This document shows positions 27,347 to 40,990 of a stretch of 64,000 nt of DNA, piece by piece. A program made the translations under genes and the position numbers. This stretch comes from Octopus bimaculoides (lineage: Eukaryota): positions 61,032,546 to 61,096,545 of the forward strand of contig NC_068982.1 of assembly GCF_001194135.2 (NCBI RefSeq). Direction: 5' to 3'. The notes under the pieces were generated by a model. That model saw nothing but the letters and a program-made list of their open reading frames with translations, was not told where the DNA came from and did not search any database. Position 1 is the stretch's first letter. The number at the start of each line of letters is the position of its first letter.

Positions 27347-29789
27347 AAATGTTCCAGATTAATAAAAAATATGTAAACTTATAAGTATAATTATTAGCAT
27401 GATCCTTATAAATGCAATACACAACCCACCAAATGTTGTTACCCATCAATAATTATTTGGCAAACGAATGCAGTGAGCTGGAAGAATCATTACAGTTCTG
27501 GGCAAAATGCTATGTGGAATTTTGTCTGTCTTTATGCTCTGAGTTCAAATTCTGCCATGGTCAATAAAATAAGTACCAGTGAAACACTGGGGTCAATGTA
27601 ATCAACTTATCCCCACTACCCTGAAATTGCTGACCTTGTGCCAAAATTTGAAAGGAATAAGTATTTAGCAAACTAAGGCAGCGAGCTAGCAGAATCACTA
27701 CTGCTCTGGATAAAATGGTTAGTGGCATTGTGTCAGTCTTTATGTTCCGAGTTCAAATTCTGTTGTGGTCGACTTTACTTTTCATCCTTTCAAGGTCAAT
27801 AAAATAAGAATTAGTTGTGTGCTGAGGTCAATGTAATTGATTTAGCCACCACAACCCCAAAATTGCTGGCCTTGTGCCAAAATTTGAAATCAATAATTAT
27901 TTACCAAACTCAGTAACCATACTAAAACCACTTTATATTTACAGTGCTATTGTATGATGTAGTAGAGTCTTGGGATGTTTGCTATGGGCACACAAGGGTA
28001 ACTGCTTCCATATCACCTCAGGGCCAAGTAGATAGGCAAGATCCCTGATAAAGCAGTCCTCATCCACTTTGTCCTATTTAGCATTCACACTACTACAGTC
28101 TATTAATTTAAAAGAAATATCGGTAGATTGAGAGAACTTCATGTATACCTCACTGATCTTGAAAGCAAATAAGAGGAAAAATACTAATCAGTTAATCTTC
28201 AATATCCACAAAGGACTGAATGATGATGATGATGACGATGGTGATGTGCTTCTTGTTGTTGTTACTGTTGTTGTTGTTGTTGTTGCATTAAAGGGTGATG
28301 GATTGGCAGAATCTTCAATGTGTCAGACAAAAATGTCTTGCAGTATTATTTATTTCAGTTCATTGCATTCGGAGTTCATATGTTGTCAAGGTCAAATTTG
28401 CCATTCATACTCTTTGGAGTTACAAAAATTGTCAGCTCTCCATTGGAAGCAATGATGGAAATGCTCAATAACAGAATCAGGTGTTTATCTTGTGGACAGC
28501 ACATTGGATGTAGAAGACATAGATGAATGGGTTGACATATCATTCATCATCATCATCATCATCATTGTCGTCATCCTTTAACATTCACTCTTCCTTACTT
28601 GCATGGATCAAATGAAACTTGCTGATGCTCACTTACAGCTATCATGTGATGCCTATACAATGGTGCACAAACACATGCATACACACACACATGCACACAC
28701 ACACATGCACACACACACATATGTGCATGCATGTGCATGCATGCACATACACACACACACACTCACACACACAACTGGGTTTTTTCAGTTTCAGTCAACC
28801 AAATCCACTCACAAAGCTCTGATCAGTCCAGAGCTATAGTAGAAGACATTTGCCAATGGACCATGCAGTGGGACTGAACTTGAGACCACATGACTGAGAA
28901 GCAAGTTTCTTAACCACACAGCTACACCTGCACCTAGAAAATAATGAAATAATAGTGTTGTTTATTTTTCTTTTTTCACATAGATTTTAGATTGGATGAA
29001 TGGAAACTGAGTAGATACAGTGAACATGAGCAGAAATAGTCTAAGAGGACTTTTGGTACATGGAGGCATGTGGCTTAGTGGTTAAAGTGTTGGACTCATG
29101 ATTGTAAGATCGTGGTTTCGATTCTTGGATTGGGCGATACATTGTGTTCTTGTGCAAAACACTTCATCTCGCTCAGCTGGAAAAAATGATCCATCGATTG
29201 ACCGGCATCCCATCCAGGTGGGGAATTTATACGCCATGGAAACCAAGAAACCAGTTCTTTTGAGTTGGCATGACTTAAGAAGGAAACTATGATGGAGGCA
29301 CATAGCTTAGTGGTTAGGGTGTTAGACTTGTAATTGTAAGATTTTGGTTTCAATTCCTGGACCAGGCAACATGATATGTTCTTGAGCAAAACACTTATTT
29401 CATATTGCTCCAGTCCACTCAGCTGACAAAATGAGTATTTCCGTCCAGGTGGGAAATTCATATGCCATGGAAACCAGTCCTTATGAGTTAGCATGATGCA
29501 AGAAGGTAACTTTTTACTTTGGTACCTATGAGATAATGCTAGTTGTTCTGTGCAAAAGCCTTTTGGTTTTGTTTTTATTTCACATAAAAACTAAAAAGTA
29601 CTACAGAAACTAATTATAGCAAATTAAAAAAAACATAATTACAACATTAAAAAAAACAGGTAAAACTATCTTTAAAATTTTTCAATATAACTTAGATATT
29701 TTCTAAAGACTAAATACATTAGTTCTTGCTCCTTTGAATTACCAAACTGTGTACCATCCGTATCAAACCACTCAATTCTTTTACCACCC

Positions 29790-30015
29790 AATTTTTTGCT
29801 GTCACAGAGGTGTGCTTTTAATGGAAATGGAGGAAAACATTTCATTAATAAGGCCGAATCTGGGATTTTATGGTCAGAAAGAAGAACACCTGTATTTTAT
29901 GGTCTCCCCAAAATACACAAAAAGTTCAAAAGATTTCCTCCAATGGGCACAATTTGCAGTGGATATGAATGTTGTATAGCCAAACTTTTGGAATGGCTGG
30001 ATGGCTTTCTAGTCG
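29790..30015 (+). mobile_element. Penelope-like element reverse transcriptase fragment
   Basis: Reads RTPVFYGLPKIHKKFKRFPPMGTICSGYECCIAKLLEWLDGFL. FYxLPKIHK...P.RPI.S...LS.W(L/I)D..L is the characteristic N-terminal RT block of PLEs. Truncated by a SINE at about 30015. Confidence 0.8.
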
Positions 30016-31749
30016 ACCTCAACAGAATTTGAACTCAGAATGTGAAAAAGGACAAAGTACCACAAAGCGTTTAGTCTGGTGTGCTAACAATTCTGCCAGC
30101 TTGCTGCCTTAATANNNNNNNNNNNNNNNNNNNNNNNNNNNNNNNNNNNNNNNNNNNNNNNNNNNNNNNNNNNNNNNNNNNNNNNNNNNNNNNNNNNNNN
30201 NNNNNNNNNNNNNNNNNNNNNNNNNNNNNNNNNNNNNNNNAAAATCATGTACTTATTCTAGTGGTATCTTTTGCTGCCAAATCGCTGAATTATAGGGATG
30301 TAAACAAACCAACACCAGTTGTCAAGTAGTGACAGATGGGACAAACACAAAGACGCACACAAGCACAGAGACTCATTGATTCCTTGCAATAAGAACTTGT
30401 ATTCAAGAATCATTTCAGTATTACAAATGCTTAAGAAAATAAGTTGAATTGTTACTTTGTTAAGTTAAGAAAATAATCTTCATGTTCCTTATGTTATGGG
30501 AGTTTTTTTTCATAAAGTTACTTTCCAAATGCTTACCAAAAATGTTTTATATGAAAAGTGGAAACAAAAGTCAATACAAGAATATTCAACGCAAAGAAAT
30601 CTTTTGATTAAGCACAATGTCACAGAAACAAAAATAAGTAGATGGACGAGATGCGCAAGAAGGAAAATATAAACAATTATCTGTGAATGGACTACACCTT
30701 CCACCCCCAAGTGCTTTGAAAGTAATAATATTTACCAATTTGATATTGATGATAATGATGATAATGATGATAATAATAGCAATGGTTTCAAATTTTGGCA
30801 CAAGGTCAGCATTGTCTGAGGGAGAGGAAGTTAATTACATTGACCCCATTGCTCAACTGGTACCTATTTTATCAACCCTGAAAGGATGAAAAGTAAAGTC
30901 AGCCTTGACAGAATTTGAACTCAGAATGTAAGGACGGACAAAATGCTTAGCAGTATTTTGTCCGGTGTGCTAACAATTCTGCCAGTATGCCACCTTAACA
31001 GCAACAGCAGCAGCAACAACAATAACATGTTTCATTCAAACTTGCCTGAATTTCTTCAGTGAAGAAAATGTAAAATGTTTTTGATACTGCAAGGTAAATA
31101 GCTAAGATGCATTTATTTTTGTAAACTTCTCCAAAATTTTTTCAGTTATGGAACGAATTAGTAATGAGAGAATTAGAAAGTTGAAATAAAAACTTTCACC
31201 TTGCAATGAGGCAATGGTACTTTTTTTAGCTGCATTGTATAACCACTTAGAAAATGAGGTAAGATAGTTTTCTGAGAACATCAAATGTAAAACTGTCAGA
31301 ACGCTTGTCAGACATCACTTTGTCAAATGATATTAAATACTTGAAGTGAGCTTTATTTTCATTCCGCTGTTGTTGCTTTGGAGGCATCCACCCCTACATC
31401 CATGTTTTTGGAAACAGCTGTGAGTACCAAATATTTCCATACGCTCACAGAGACATCCATTTTTAGCAGGGCAACTATCAGTGAGTGAATTCCAGTGTAG
31501 AATGCTAATTTTAGTTTTCATAGCCAGAATATTAAAGGTGGTTTGTCTAGTTATCAAGCAGACAAACACACTTCTTAGGTGTTTATTCAAATGGAATTTT
31601 TCTGTCAGCTGTTTGGTTGTTATTCGGAAATAAACAGAACATTTCTTACTCTTGCTCATTAGAACAGAAATTAGCAAACTGTTAATAAATCAAGACAGTT
31701 CTCTACCATTATAAAGAAAGCAAATTTGGAATGCACTTTCATGTTTTCA

Positions 31750-32240
31750 TTATCATTAAACATCTGTTTCCATGCTGGTATGGGTTGGACGGTTTGACAG
31801 GAGCTGCCCAGGCTCCATGTCTGTTTTGTCATGATTTCTATGGCTGGATACCCTTCCTAATGCCAACCACTTTACAGAGAGTATAGGGTGCTTTTACACA
31901 ACACTGGCAAGGGTACATTTATGTGGCACCAGTATGGATGCTCTTTAGGTGACACCAGCACCCACAAACCCACAGGATTAGGATCGCTCAGCTGGAGAGG
32001 GATGCAAGTAACCATGTTTTTACTTAGCTTGACATGTGTTCTCAAGCGCAGCAAACCGCCAGGAGTTTTGGTCCCTTGTGAGGCCTAACATCTGAAGACC
32101 CTTTCTCCCAACTTTGTCCCACATCTTCCTGGGTCTACTCCTTTCACATGTTCCTTCCACAATTAGAGATTGGCACCTCTTGATGCAACTGTCTTCATTC
32201 ATATGCATTAAACTCATAATCTTTCCTGCTATGGGCACAA
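31750..32240 (-). mobile_element. RTE LINE 3' fragment (ORF2 C-terminus plus 3' UTR)
   Basis: Reads MHMNEDSCIKRCQSLIVEGTCERSRPRKMWDKV...LGLTRDQNSWRFAALENT (RTE C-terminal GRPRKTW...W pattern), followed by the shared RTE tail. Confidence 0.85.
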
Positions 32241-33917
32241 TGCCTGAAATCTTATTTCATTGACCCCAAAAGAATGAAAGGCAAAGTTGACCTCAGCAGA
32301 ACTTGATCTCAGATTCAGTTTCATTTAATCCTTTTGTTAATCTACTGGAGACTCCCTCTGGTTCTTTGACACTAACTTACTGTTTCAAAGTGACCTAAAT
32401 TAAAATCTTTGACCAAAATTCAAATTGATTTATGTTCCAAATACTAGCTTCATAAAATAGGCACATGGCTCAGTGGTTAGAGAATCAGGCTAACAGTCAT
32501 GAAGTAGTGAGTTTAATTTCTGGACTGAGCTGTGTGCTGTGTTCTTGAGCAAGAAACTTTATTTCATGTTGCTCCAGTTCATTCAGCTGTAGAAATGAGT
32601 TGCGACATCACTGGTGCCAAGCTGTATCAGCCTTTACCTTTCCCTTGGATAACATTGGCAGCATGGAGGTGGGAGGCTGGTATGCATGGGTGACTGCTGG
32701 TCTTCCACAAACAACCTTGCCCAGACTTGTACCTTGGAGGGGAACTTTCTAGGTGCAATTCCATGGTCATTCATGACCAAAAGGGATCTTTACTAGCTAC
32801 ATAACGATAAAGTTATTTTACTAAATTCTTCCTTAGTTTCAAAATTAATTGAAACAAAAATCACATATATAACAAAATGGCTAAATATATTTCTTGTTGC
32901 TTTTTCAGTATATTTTTACCATTGGAAAAAAATAATAATTATGTGTACACATGTACAACATTGGCAACCCATTCATACAATTGGTTATTTTTGTAAGAAG
33001 TTTCTCTATATGTTGGTTGCAATGAGTAATTCTTGCAATGATTTTATTCTACAAGGTGTAACTAGTTAAAAGAAGGCCTCGGAAGAATAACAGGTGTTAC
33101 TGTGTTGGAAATGACTTCAAAGATCCAGTGTTAGGGTGACACAGTAGCACTCACAGTAATAAATGCACCTAACACTTCATTTCATTTGTTATGTACTTGT
33201 TGGCACTAACAAGAGCATTGAAGCAGAACAAATAATTCTAAGGACATTGCTGTTTGGAAGTAATTACATCATGCTTAAAGTACATCCATTCATAAACAAG
33301 CCCTTTCTATAAAACAGCAAGGGGTCTCCTAATTTCTGGAGTACTTAAACACTTCAGGGTTGATAAGTAGTTTTAAACAAGCTCAGTCTTGTATTTGAGA
33401 AACAGCATCTCACCAGAAAAGAGCCTTTTGATGTACAGCAGAACCTAGCTGGACTAAATTTTTGGTTAAATGATAATGTGCAAATTTTATTTATAAATAC
33501 TGGTGACTGTAGACATAGAATCAGCTGGACATAAAAATTTCTATTGAGAGTTGATCAACAATAAGCTAGAAAGAAAGACTAGAAAAATATAGAACAGAGA
33601 TGGAGAATAGAACATGAAAGTGAGCAGATAGTAACTAAAAAATACATGCATTAGGTTGACAAGAACAACAACAATACTGTTACACTGAAATATTCTTTTA
33701 CTTGTTTCAATCATTTGACTGTAGCCATGCTGGAGCATTGCTTTAAAGGGTTTTTAGTCAAAGAAATCAACCCTAGGATTTATTCTTTGTAAGCCTAATA
33801 CTTAATCTATTGGTCTCTTTTGCCAAGTTACAGAGATGTAAACACACCAACATCAGTTGTCAAGCAATGGTGATGGGGACAAACACTGACTCCCCCCCCC
33901 CATATATATATATATAT

Positions 33918-34174
33918 ATTTGAAGAAAAGCAACAAAAATGCATTAGGTTATAGCAGTACGTACGTTTCGTACAAACTTCATTTATTTATGTAGTGAGAA
34001 CACCACATAAGATGTGCAATGAAAATGTACTCCTCAGCTGCATAATGGAAGTTCATGAAGAGTACATTTTCATTGCACATCTTATGTGGTGTTCTCACTA
34101 CATAAATAAATGAAGTTTGTACGAAATGTACGTACTACTATAACCTAATGCATTTTTGTTGCTTTTCTTCAAAT
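33918..34174. repeat. 257-bp near-perfect palindrome (115-bp arms, 27-nt spacer)
   Basis: Left arm 33918-34032 and right arm 34060-34174 are reverse complements with 2 mismatches, both transitions. Confidence 0.95.
33949..34045 (-). ncRNA. Type I hammerhead ribozyme (Penelope-type minimal stem III, extended stem II)
   Basis: Minus strand reads UUAUGCAG CUGAGGA GUAC [53 nt] GUAC GAAA C GUAC G UA / CUGC U AUAA. All invariant core bases are present (CUGANGA, G10.1-C11.1, GAAA, A15.1-U16.1, H17=A). Stem I is GCAG/CUGC plus UUAU/AUAA across a 1-nt bulge. Predicted cleavage between 33958 and 33957. Activity untested. Confidence 0.78.
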
Positions 34175-34277
34175 TTTATTCACCAATTCTCTTGATTTTG
34201 CTTTTGCTTTTTACCCTACCAAATTCTGGTGCCTCAAACATTTTACGTACCACATTTAATCTTTTGATTAAATCTAT

Positions 34278-34324
<47 letters not shown>

Positions 34325-37187
34325 AATACATACATACATACATACATACATACAATGGGCTTCTCTTAGTTTATGTCTACTAAATCCACTCACAAGGCTT
34401 TGTTCAGCCCAACGCTATAGCAGAAAACACTTGCCCAAGGTGCCACACAGTGGGACTGAACCCAGAACCATGTGGTCGGGAAGCAAGCCTCTTACCACAC
34501 AGCCACACCTGCACCTATTCTATAAATTATTGCCCATTTAGTAGGCTATGAAATTCACATTCTCTCAATTTCTTGTAGTTCAGACTGCCACATGGTCCCA
34601 GAGGCCAAAATGGAAAAGCTGATGCTTAGGAGGATGGTGAGGGGGATGTGCAAGAACAGCCACTCTGACTTATGAGGCTTGCACTTACGGATAACCATCT
34701 TTGCCCCTATAGTGACGAGCAGGGATATGGTCTGGGGTCTGAGAATGCCAGAGGTCCCCAAATACACTTATGTATGAGCGAGTGAGTGAGTGTGGCAGAG
34801 AGAGGCTTCATTCCAATACATAAAAATTTTCTTTGGTCACCCATGTAGAATTAAAGTACTTTGTTATTGATTCGAAAATAACAAAATAATTTTATACCAG
34901 GAAACAGTGTTGTTTCAAATTATCTCAAAGAATATAATAGCACGACTAAGGTTAACAGTTTACTCCTCTGAAAGTTGGTTGACTTTTAGAAAATCTTGTT
35001 TTTGTGTGGAAATTAATCATCCATAAGTATATGTTTCACTATTCTTCATTGACAAAGGAGGTCTACTAATGTTGAAGAATATATTAAATTGTCCCCATAC
35101 TTAGCAAAGATTAGTGTCCCTAACCCACTGCATATCCCCATTTAATTTCTAATCATTTTAAATTACAGAATTTTCCTATTTGCCTTCCCTATAAAAATTG
35201 TCATTAATGTTGATAATTTTTCTTCTCATAACAAATATATTTCAGTTGGTTAAAAATTCACTCACTACTTCATTAACTAATACTTAATTATATCTTGGAT
35301 TGCTTGTATTTAATCTTACAAGAATGTTTACATCTTGCTCATTCTGTTCATCTAAATAAATAGGAAGAAATATTTCATGTCCACGACTCACAATGACTCT
35401 GCAACTCTTTTATATCTCAGTAAGATGCCAGCAAATTTAGATGAAATATGTTTTTGTAATTCAGTAATTATTGGATAAGTACCACTGAATATGTAGTGTG
35501 TGTGTGTGTGTGCATGCACGCACGTACATGTGTGTGTGTATGTATACATGTGTGAGGTATGTATGTATGTATGTATAAAGGTGTGAGGTAGACTGAGGTG
35601 AATAATGTCAAATAGTATAGTAACAATAATTGGTTGATATGAATAATGTGACTGAAGGGATTATATAGCCATAACAAAAATGCTGTTTTTGATTAAGCCC
35701 CAAGTCAGCCCTGATTGATTAGATCTATGATCAGAGGTTTTCCAGCTACAAAGTTCCTGCCTTTTATCAGACATAATACTTGTAAATACTGAATTATTTA
35801 ATGTATCCTCCCATATTAAAAGAGATTGGTGTGTGATTTGAGATTTGGTAGCTGTTTTTAGCAGGCTGAGTGATCACATAGAGACTCAGTTCTCAGGTTG
35901 AAATAAACAATGTTGAGATAGTAGTTCAAAGGTAAGGTGCCAAAGATGGATATGGAGATTGGAATGGTCTCAAGTATAAGAGCAGAAAAAAGAAATTTTG
36001 AAATATCTGTGATAATAAAAATTTTCATAGTTTGCTGACCTTTAATATATATAAACTTGAATATCCTATTGTTTGCATTTTATATTTTCCCTATTTTGAC
36101 ATTTTGGACATAAACAGAAATAAAACAAAACAAAAATAATAACAATAACAATGATAATAATAATATTAATAAAAGTGAAAAACAGAAGGATTCAAATGCA
36201 ATTCTTTAAATAAAAAAAAAAAAAAANNNNNNNNNNAAAAAAAAAAAAAAAAAAAACAGGCTCAGCTTGGTTTACAATGAAACTTACCAGGAAAAAAATA
36301 TTGTGTTTTTGTACTAAACCAGACAGATTTTAGTTACATACAAAATATTTCCCTTAATTACTGTATGAATTTATTTTCTTCACATATTTTAAGTTGAAAA
36401 GGAAATTGCAAATCTTTATTAATTTGAGCTAAAAGACATCTCTAAATCAACTGTGTATGTACATGTATATTTCTATACACAAAACCATTGTATACATATT
36501 TACACGAATGCATACATACATAAAATCAAAGCAAGATGGAAAGAAAGTGGGTGTACAGGAAATGTATCATATCCTTGTATGCTTTTGTGCAGATATTAGC
36601 TATGTGAATGGGTTTCAGGTGTCTACATAAAGAGCAACTATGAAAATAGACTGTAATTCAGCAGTAGACTGACACTTAGACTAATAGCAATTTGAAAGAA
36701 TCAACTCTTACATTTGAGAACTTGATAGAACGAAAAGATATTTTTCGTTAATAAATCATAATTTCATGTTAGGTTCTTTTGAAACAATTCCAGCCAGCTT
36801 CCCAATTCAACCATTAACACAAGATACATTTGCCTTACTTTAGCTGGCCTCACATGAATATTAAGCTTATCCATCTACAATTTCTTCTTTCTACTGTTTA
36901 TAAGATGCTATCATATGCCACCATCAATTGTTTCACTCATTGTACGGATGGGAAGAATTTTGCAATCCTAATTCAGATTGGACTGGATTAGTTCCAATAA
37001 AGGGAGTTTTGTCTTACAACATCTATCTCTTCCAATAAGCTTCAATCACAGTCATTGTGAACTCAACTCCTCTGATTGCTTATACAAGTAATAACAAACT
37101 GTACACCACTCACAATTTAGCTGGTTCTTGTAAAAGAATATTATCATTGTATCAGTGTGTTCATTCTATCATTGCTTGACATACATA

Positions 37188-37227
<40 letters not shown>

Positions 37228-39439
37228 TTACTCATATTTTTTAACAGAGACAAAAAGAAACTGCAGAAGCATCTTCTTAAGTAAGCAAACTGTTACCACT
37301 GAAAACTAAGATCTGATATGGTATTTCATATAATACTATCATTAAGTTGATATGATGGAAGGAAGAAATATATATGTATCAGTTTCACATAATCATAAAT
37401 GGCAACTGATTGAAGTAGCAGAGAACTTGGCTCCATCTGATTAAGTAGTTGAGGCTTAACTCCTTCATATTCACCAATAGGTTTAATACCTGAGCTTTAT
37501 GTATGGGTTAGACAGATCTGCCTAGCTACAACGCTTATCACAGTAATAGTTCAAGAAAAAACTAACTAGGCACTTCCTAACCTTAGGTAAGCATATCATC
37601 ATAGTCTTTTAACATCCATGTTCCATGTTGGCATGATTAAATTAAATACATTTGATGACTTAGTTGTATTGATTTTCTTACGCCTTAAATCTGTAGAAAA
37701 ATTTAGATAAATTCTATGACAAATTCATTACTATGTTGATGTGTATCTAGATATGAACAGACTTCAATAAAACTGAATGTTTTTTTTTTCTCCAGCCACT
37801 TTAATTTTCTTAGTGAATCCAATGAATTTAAATAGATCTTTTGGGATAGTATAAATTACAGTTATGTTTGTTCATTTGTAATCAATGTATCAACCTTCTA
37901 TTGTTAAAGAAATTACCCTTAATTCTTAGTGAATTTAGCATTAAAGTATACATTCCATGCACACATACATATATGTAGCATGAATTTTTAGCTTAATCTG
38001 ATCAATCTCAATGTTTGCTTTTCGTTCAAACTTCTTTCTATTTCAAAGCTCTTCACTATTCTTCAAATTAGCTGAAACTCACAAGGTGGACTCAAAAGGT
38101 GTTCAAAGAGAGATTATATAAAAGTAAAGAATGGTATTATCATCATCTTGTACAGCAAGTCAGAGCCCAACAACAGGAAATATGTCACACTCTATAAATT
38201 AAAACTTCCTGATTCATACTGAATCCTTTCCGGAATGCTTTCAACTCTCCCAGTTATTTTGGATTGCTTAAGAGAACTTGGCAACTTACAGACAAAAATC
38301 TTTAAGGGTATATTGTTTTCACAGTTTTCTTTTTTTCTCTTTTGGCAAATGTAAAGGGTTGTATATAGGTAAAAATGACATATATCCAGTTTTCATTTTT
38401 CTTTCTTTTTTTTTTAGAACAGTTTAAGCATTCTTTCACAAGAAAATAAAATTATAGTAAAATTCTTGAAAAACTTAGGAAATTTGCCAAAAAGATATTT
38501 CTCATGGTTCTAGAAACTTCCAGGAAACTTGCCCTTTTTGTGTTTAAGGATGTGTATTTTTTATGTTTATATTAATGGTTCTGTGATGACGCCAAATACC
38601 AATAATGCCTCCAGTGGCAGAAAATTATGAGAGTTCTGGTTTAGATATTGTTATTAAGAAGATATCTAATGGAAGCTAGTCAGAATCTTCATAATGGTTA
38701 TACCAAAAATTGGTTCTCTTTATTTTTTTAACTGTGTAAATGATGTTTCACTGAATTCTGTAGAGTAGAAGGCAAGCTCTTAGCAAATTAAATCTATCAT
38801 CCTATTTTGATTTTTGAGTTGTAATTTCAGTTCTTTTGCATTGCAAATAATCATGGAAAAGACATAAACACAACAACCCCTAGCAGCAATTGATAGAAAC
38901 TTCTAATTATAAAAAAGTTAGCAATGCTATTCTTTTCTTCATGCTTATGCAAGGTATATAAATTACAGAATGATGGAAATAAAGTTCAAGTATTTTTAAC
39001 TAAACTTTACTCAATACATAATTCAGGTGAAGTATTAAAAATATTAAACTTTTACTACTATAACCAATTTGATGATGTAAAACTTTAATATTTCACTTAG
39101 TGCTCAGACACATTCCACAAAATGCAGCATTAAACAAAATAGTACAATAGGGAGTCATTATAACACAGCACATATATATAGATACATGAGCTTGAGAGGC
39201 TATTTTTAACAGAGACAGAAACACAAATTAAGGTGATAAACATCAATAGCTTAATAACCTAAGGTAACCTTGCACAATGTGATGTAACATGTTGTAATAC
39301 AAAGTTATGATGAAATTAGAAAACAAGTTTAATTAAGGTCTAATGTTACTATAAAATTAAAATTGTTTAAATAAATAAATTTAATTACAAGTGCATAAGT
39401 TTAGAAACCATTAAATCAGTTGAAAAGCTGCATTGCAAA

Positions 39440-40990
39440 ATAGGAGATGCTATATTTGGAATGAGGGTCCAGGCTGTAGCTCTTTCTTGCACATAGGATA
39501 CTTTTCAAAGAATGCATCTAATGCCATCTATGTTTTCTCCTGAAGCAGTTCACATTAACACGATCACATGTCCAGAACGCATCTCTCTGCCTTGGGTCAT
39601 TCTCAGTGAGCTGGTTCACAATTTCTGTAATCTTTGTGATGCTGTTATTGAGGAATTCAGATATAAGAATTTTTTCTGGTGTTACCGACTCTACAATAAG
39701 ATCTTTTGGGTTTACTTTAGATGTGTTGTTGTTCTAACTACTGAGGCTCTGCCATAGCTAAACTCTTGCCATTAACTCCACAAAATCTTCAGTTTTGGAC
39801 TTTTGCATTCTCCCTTCATTAGCATTTTGCATCCTCCCTCCAGTTATCATTAAAAATTTTCCTTCATAAAATTCTGAGAAATCATTTCATGGCTCTCGAC
39901 ATATTACAGATTCTTTTCATGTCACTTTTGATAACTTCATCCTAGATTGCTCTGCTATTCTCTCTGGCCTTCATGATATGGGGTTTTCCAAAAGTTCCTG
40001 ATAGATTGTTTATCCTATTTATCCAAAAGTTCCTAATACTTGTTTGAAAATGCAACAATGGTAGCAGGCTTTGATATTAGAACTTATACCCTGATTCACT
40101 GATTGGAAACAAGAAGTGGTGTTTGATAGTAGGTAACCACTTTAACAGGAATGCAGATCTGCTTTAGGTTCAAGGTCATATTTCTCATAAAACTTTTCAC
40201 TGCTGGGTACAAACCTTATATAAAAATTTCTATTATACTTCAAACTTCTTTGTTTAATTTCTAAATCACAGGCAGATATATGTTTTTGATATTCTTTCAT
40301 TGGTTGTGATGCTTCTAAATAATAAACAAGCTTGAAATCTGAAGTGTTACCACCATATAAAAGTATTAAGTTGTTTTTCCTGGTCTCAAGCCCAGAACCT
40401 TTTCTTCTTCTCTCCCTTTATTTCTCCTGGGAGATGAAAGTGATGGATAGCATTCTTTTTCAGTAAAACCCATTTCATCTGCATTGAATACAAGTTGAAG
40501 AGTGTAATCATGCTCAGTGATACTCTTAAGAACCTGGAACACTCTTTGGTTAACTGGTTGTCTGTACTTGCAGCTTCACCAGAGATATGGATGGTGTACA
40601 GGTTATGCTACCATTTGAATCTATCAAACCAACCTCTATTAGCAGTGAATGCTTTGGATTCATCATCTTGTAAGAGTCTAAAAATGCTCCTTGCTTATTC
40701 CATTATGATAAATTAGCTTAATGGTGTCCATCATCAACCATATAACAAGTATGTATAATTTTCTACCATACACTTACTCATGGAATAAGTTACATTCTTT
40801 AATGATAATGGTAAGGTCGTTGTGGCAGAAGCTTTTATTTTGAACAAATTTTTCACGATGGTTCTGATCCTTCTCATGGCTTACCTTCAAAACACATGAC
40901 ATTTTCCAGATTCCCGTTGTTTTAACACCTGGAATTTTACATCCAGTATGATGCTTTTTTTCAGCACCTTAAACAAACCTTCAGCTATTC
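39440..40990 (-). mobile_element. Decayed Tigger/pogo DNA transposon transposase (pseudogene)
   Basis: Minus-strand blocks in the expected order: KKSIILDVKFQVLKQRESG (HTH-psq), FTANRGWFDRFK..HNLYTIHISGEAAS (CENP-B HTH), VFNADEMG, a frameshifted block resembling PNTTS..Q...QGI...IKACY (DDE domain), and IVNQLTENDP (C-terminus). Many stops and frameshifts; TIRs not identified. Confidence 0.85.

Larger units (their letters stand above)
33696..34518 (-). mobile_element. Family A SINE interrupted in its central microsatellite by a ~360-bp insertion
   Basis: SINE tail about 33696-33900 and head about 34350-34518 flank (TA)n runs. The insert at about 33918-34280 contains the palindrome and ribozyme. 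Confidence 0.85.

Noticed and set aside
34687-37283. Candidate micro-exons with good splice signals (minus 34.69-34.74 kb TPDHIPARHYRGKDGYP; minus 35.39-35.49 kb; plus 37.25-37.28 kb)
   Set aside because: No recognisable homology and no consistent phase chain; such signals arise by chance in AT-rich DNA.
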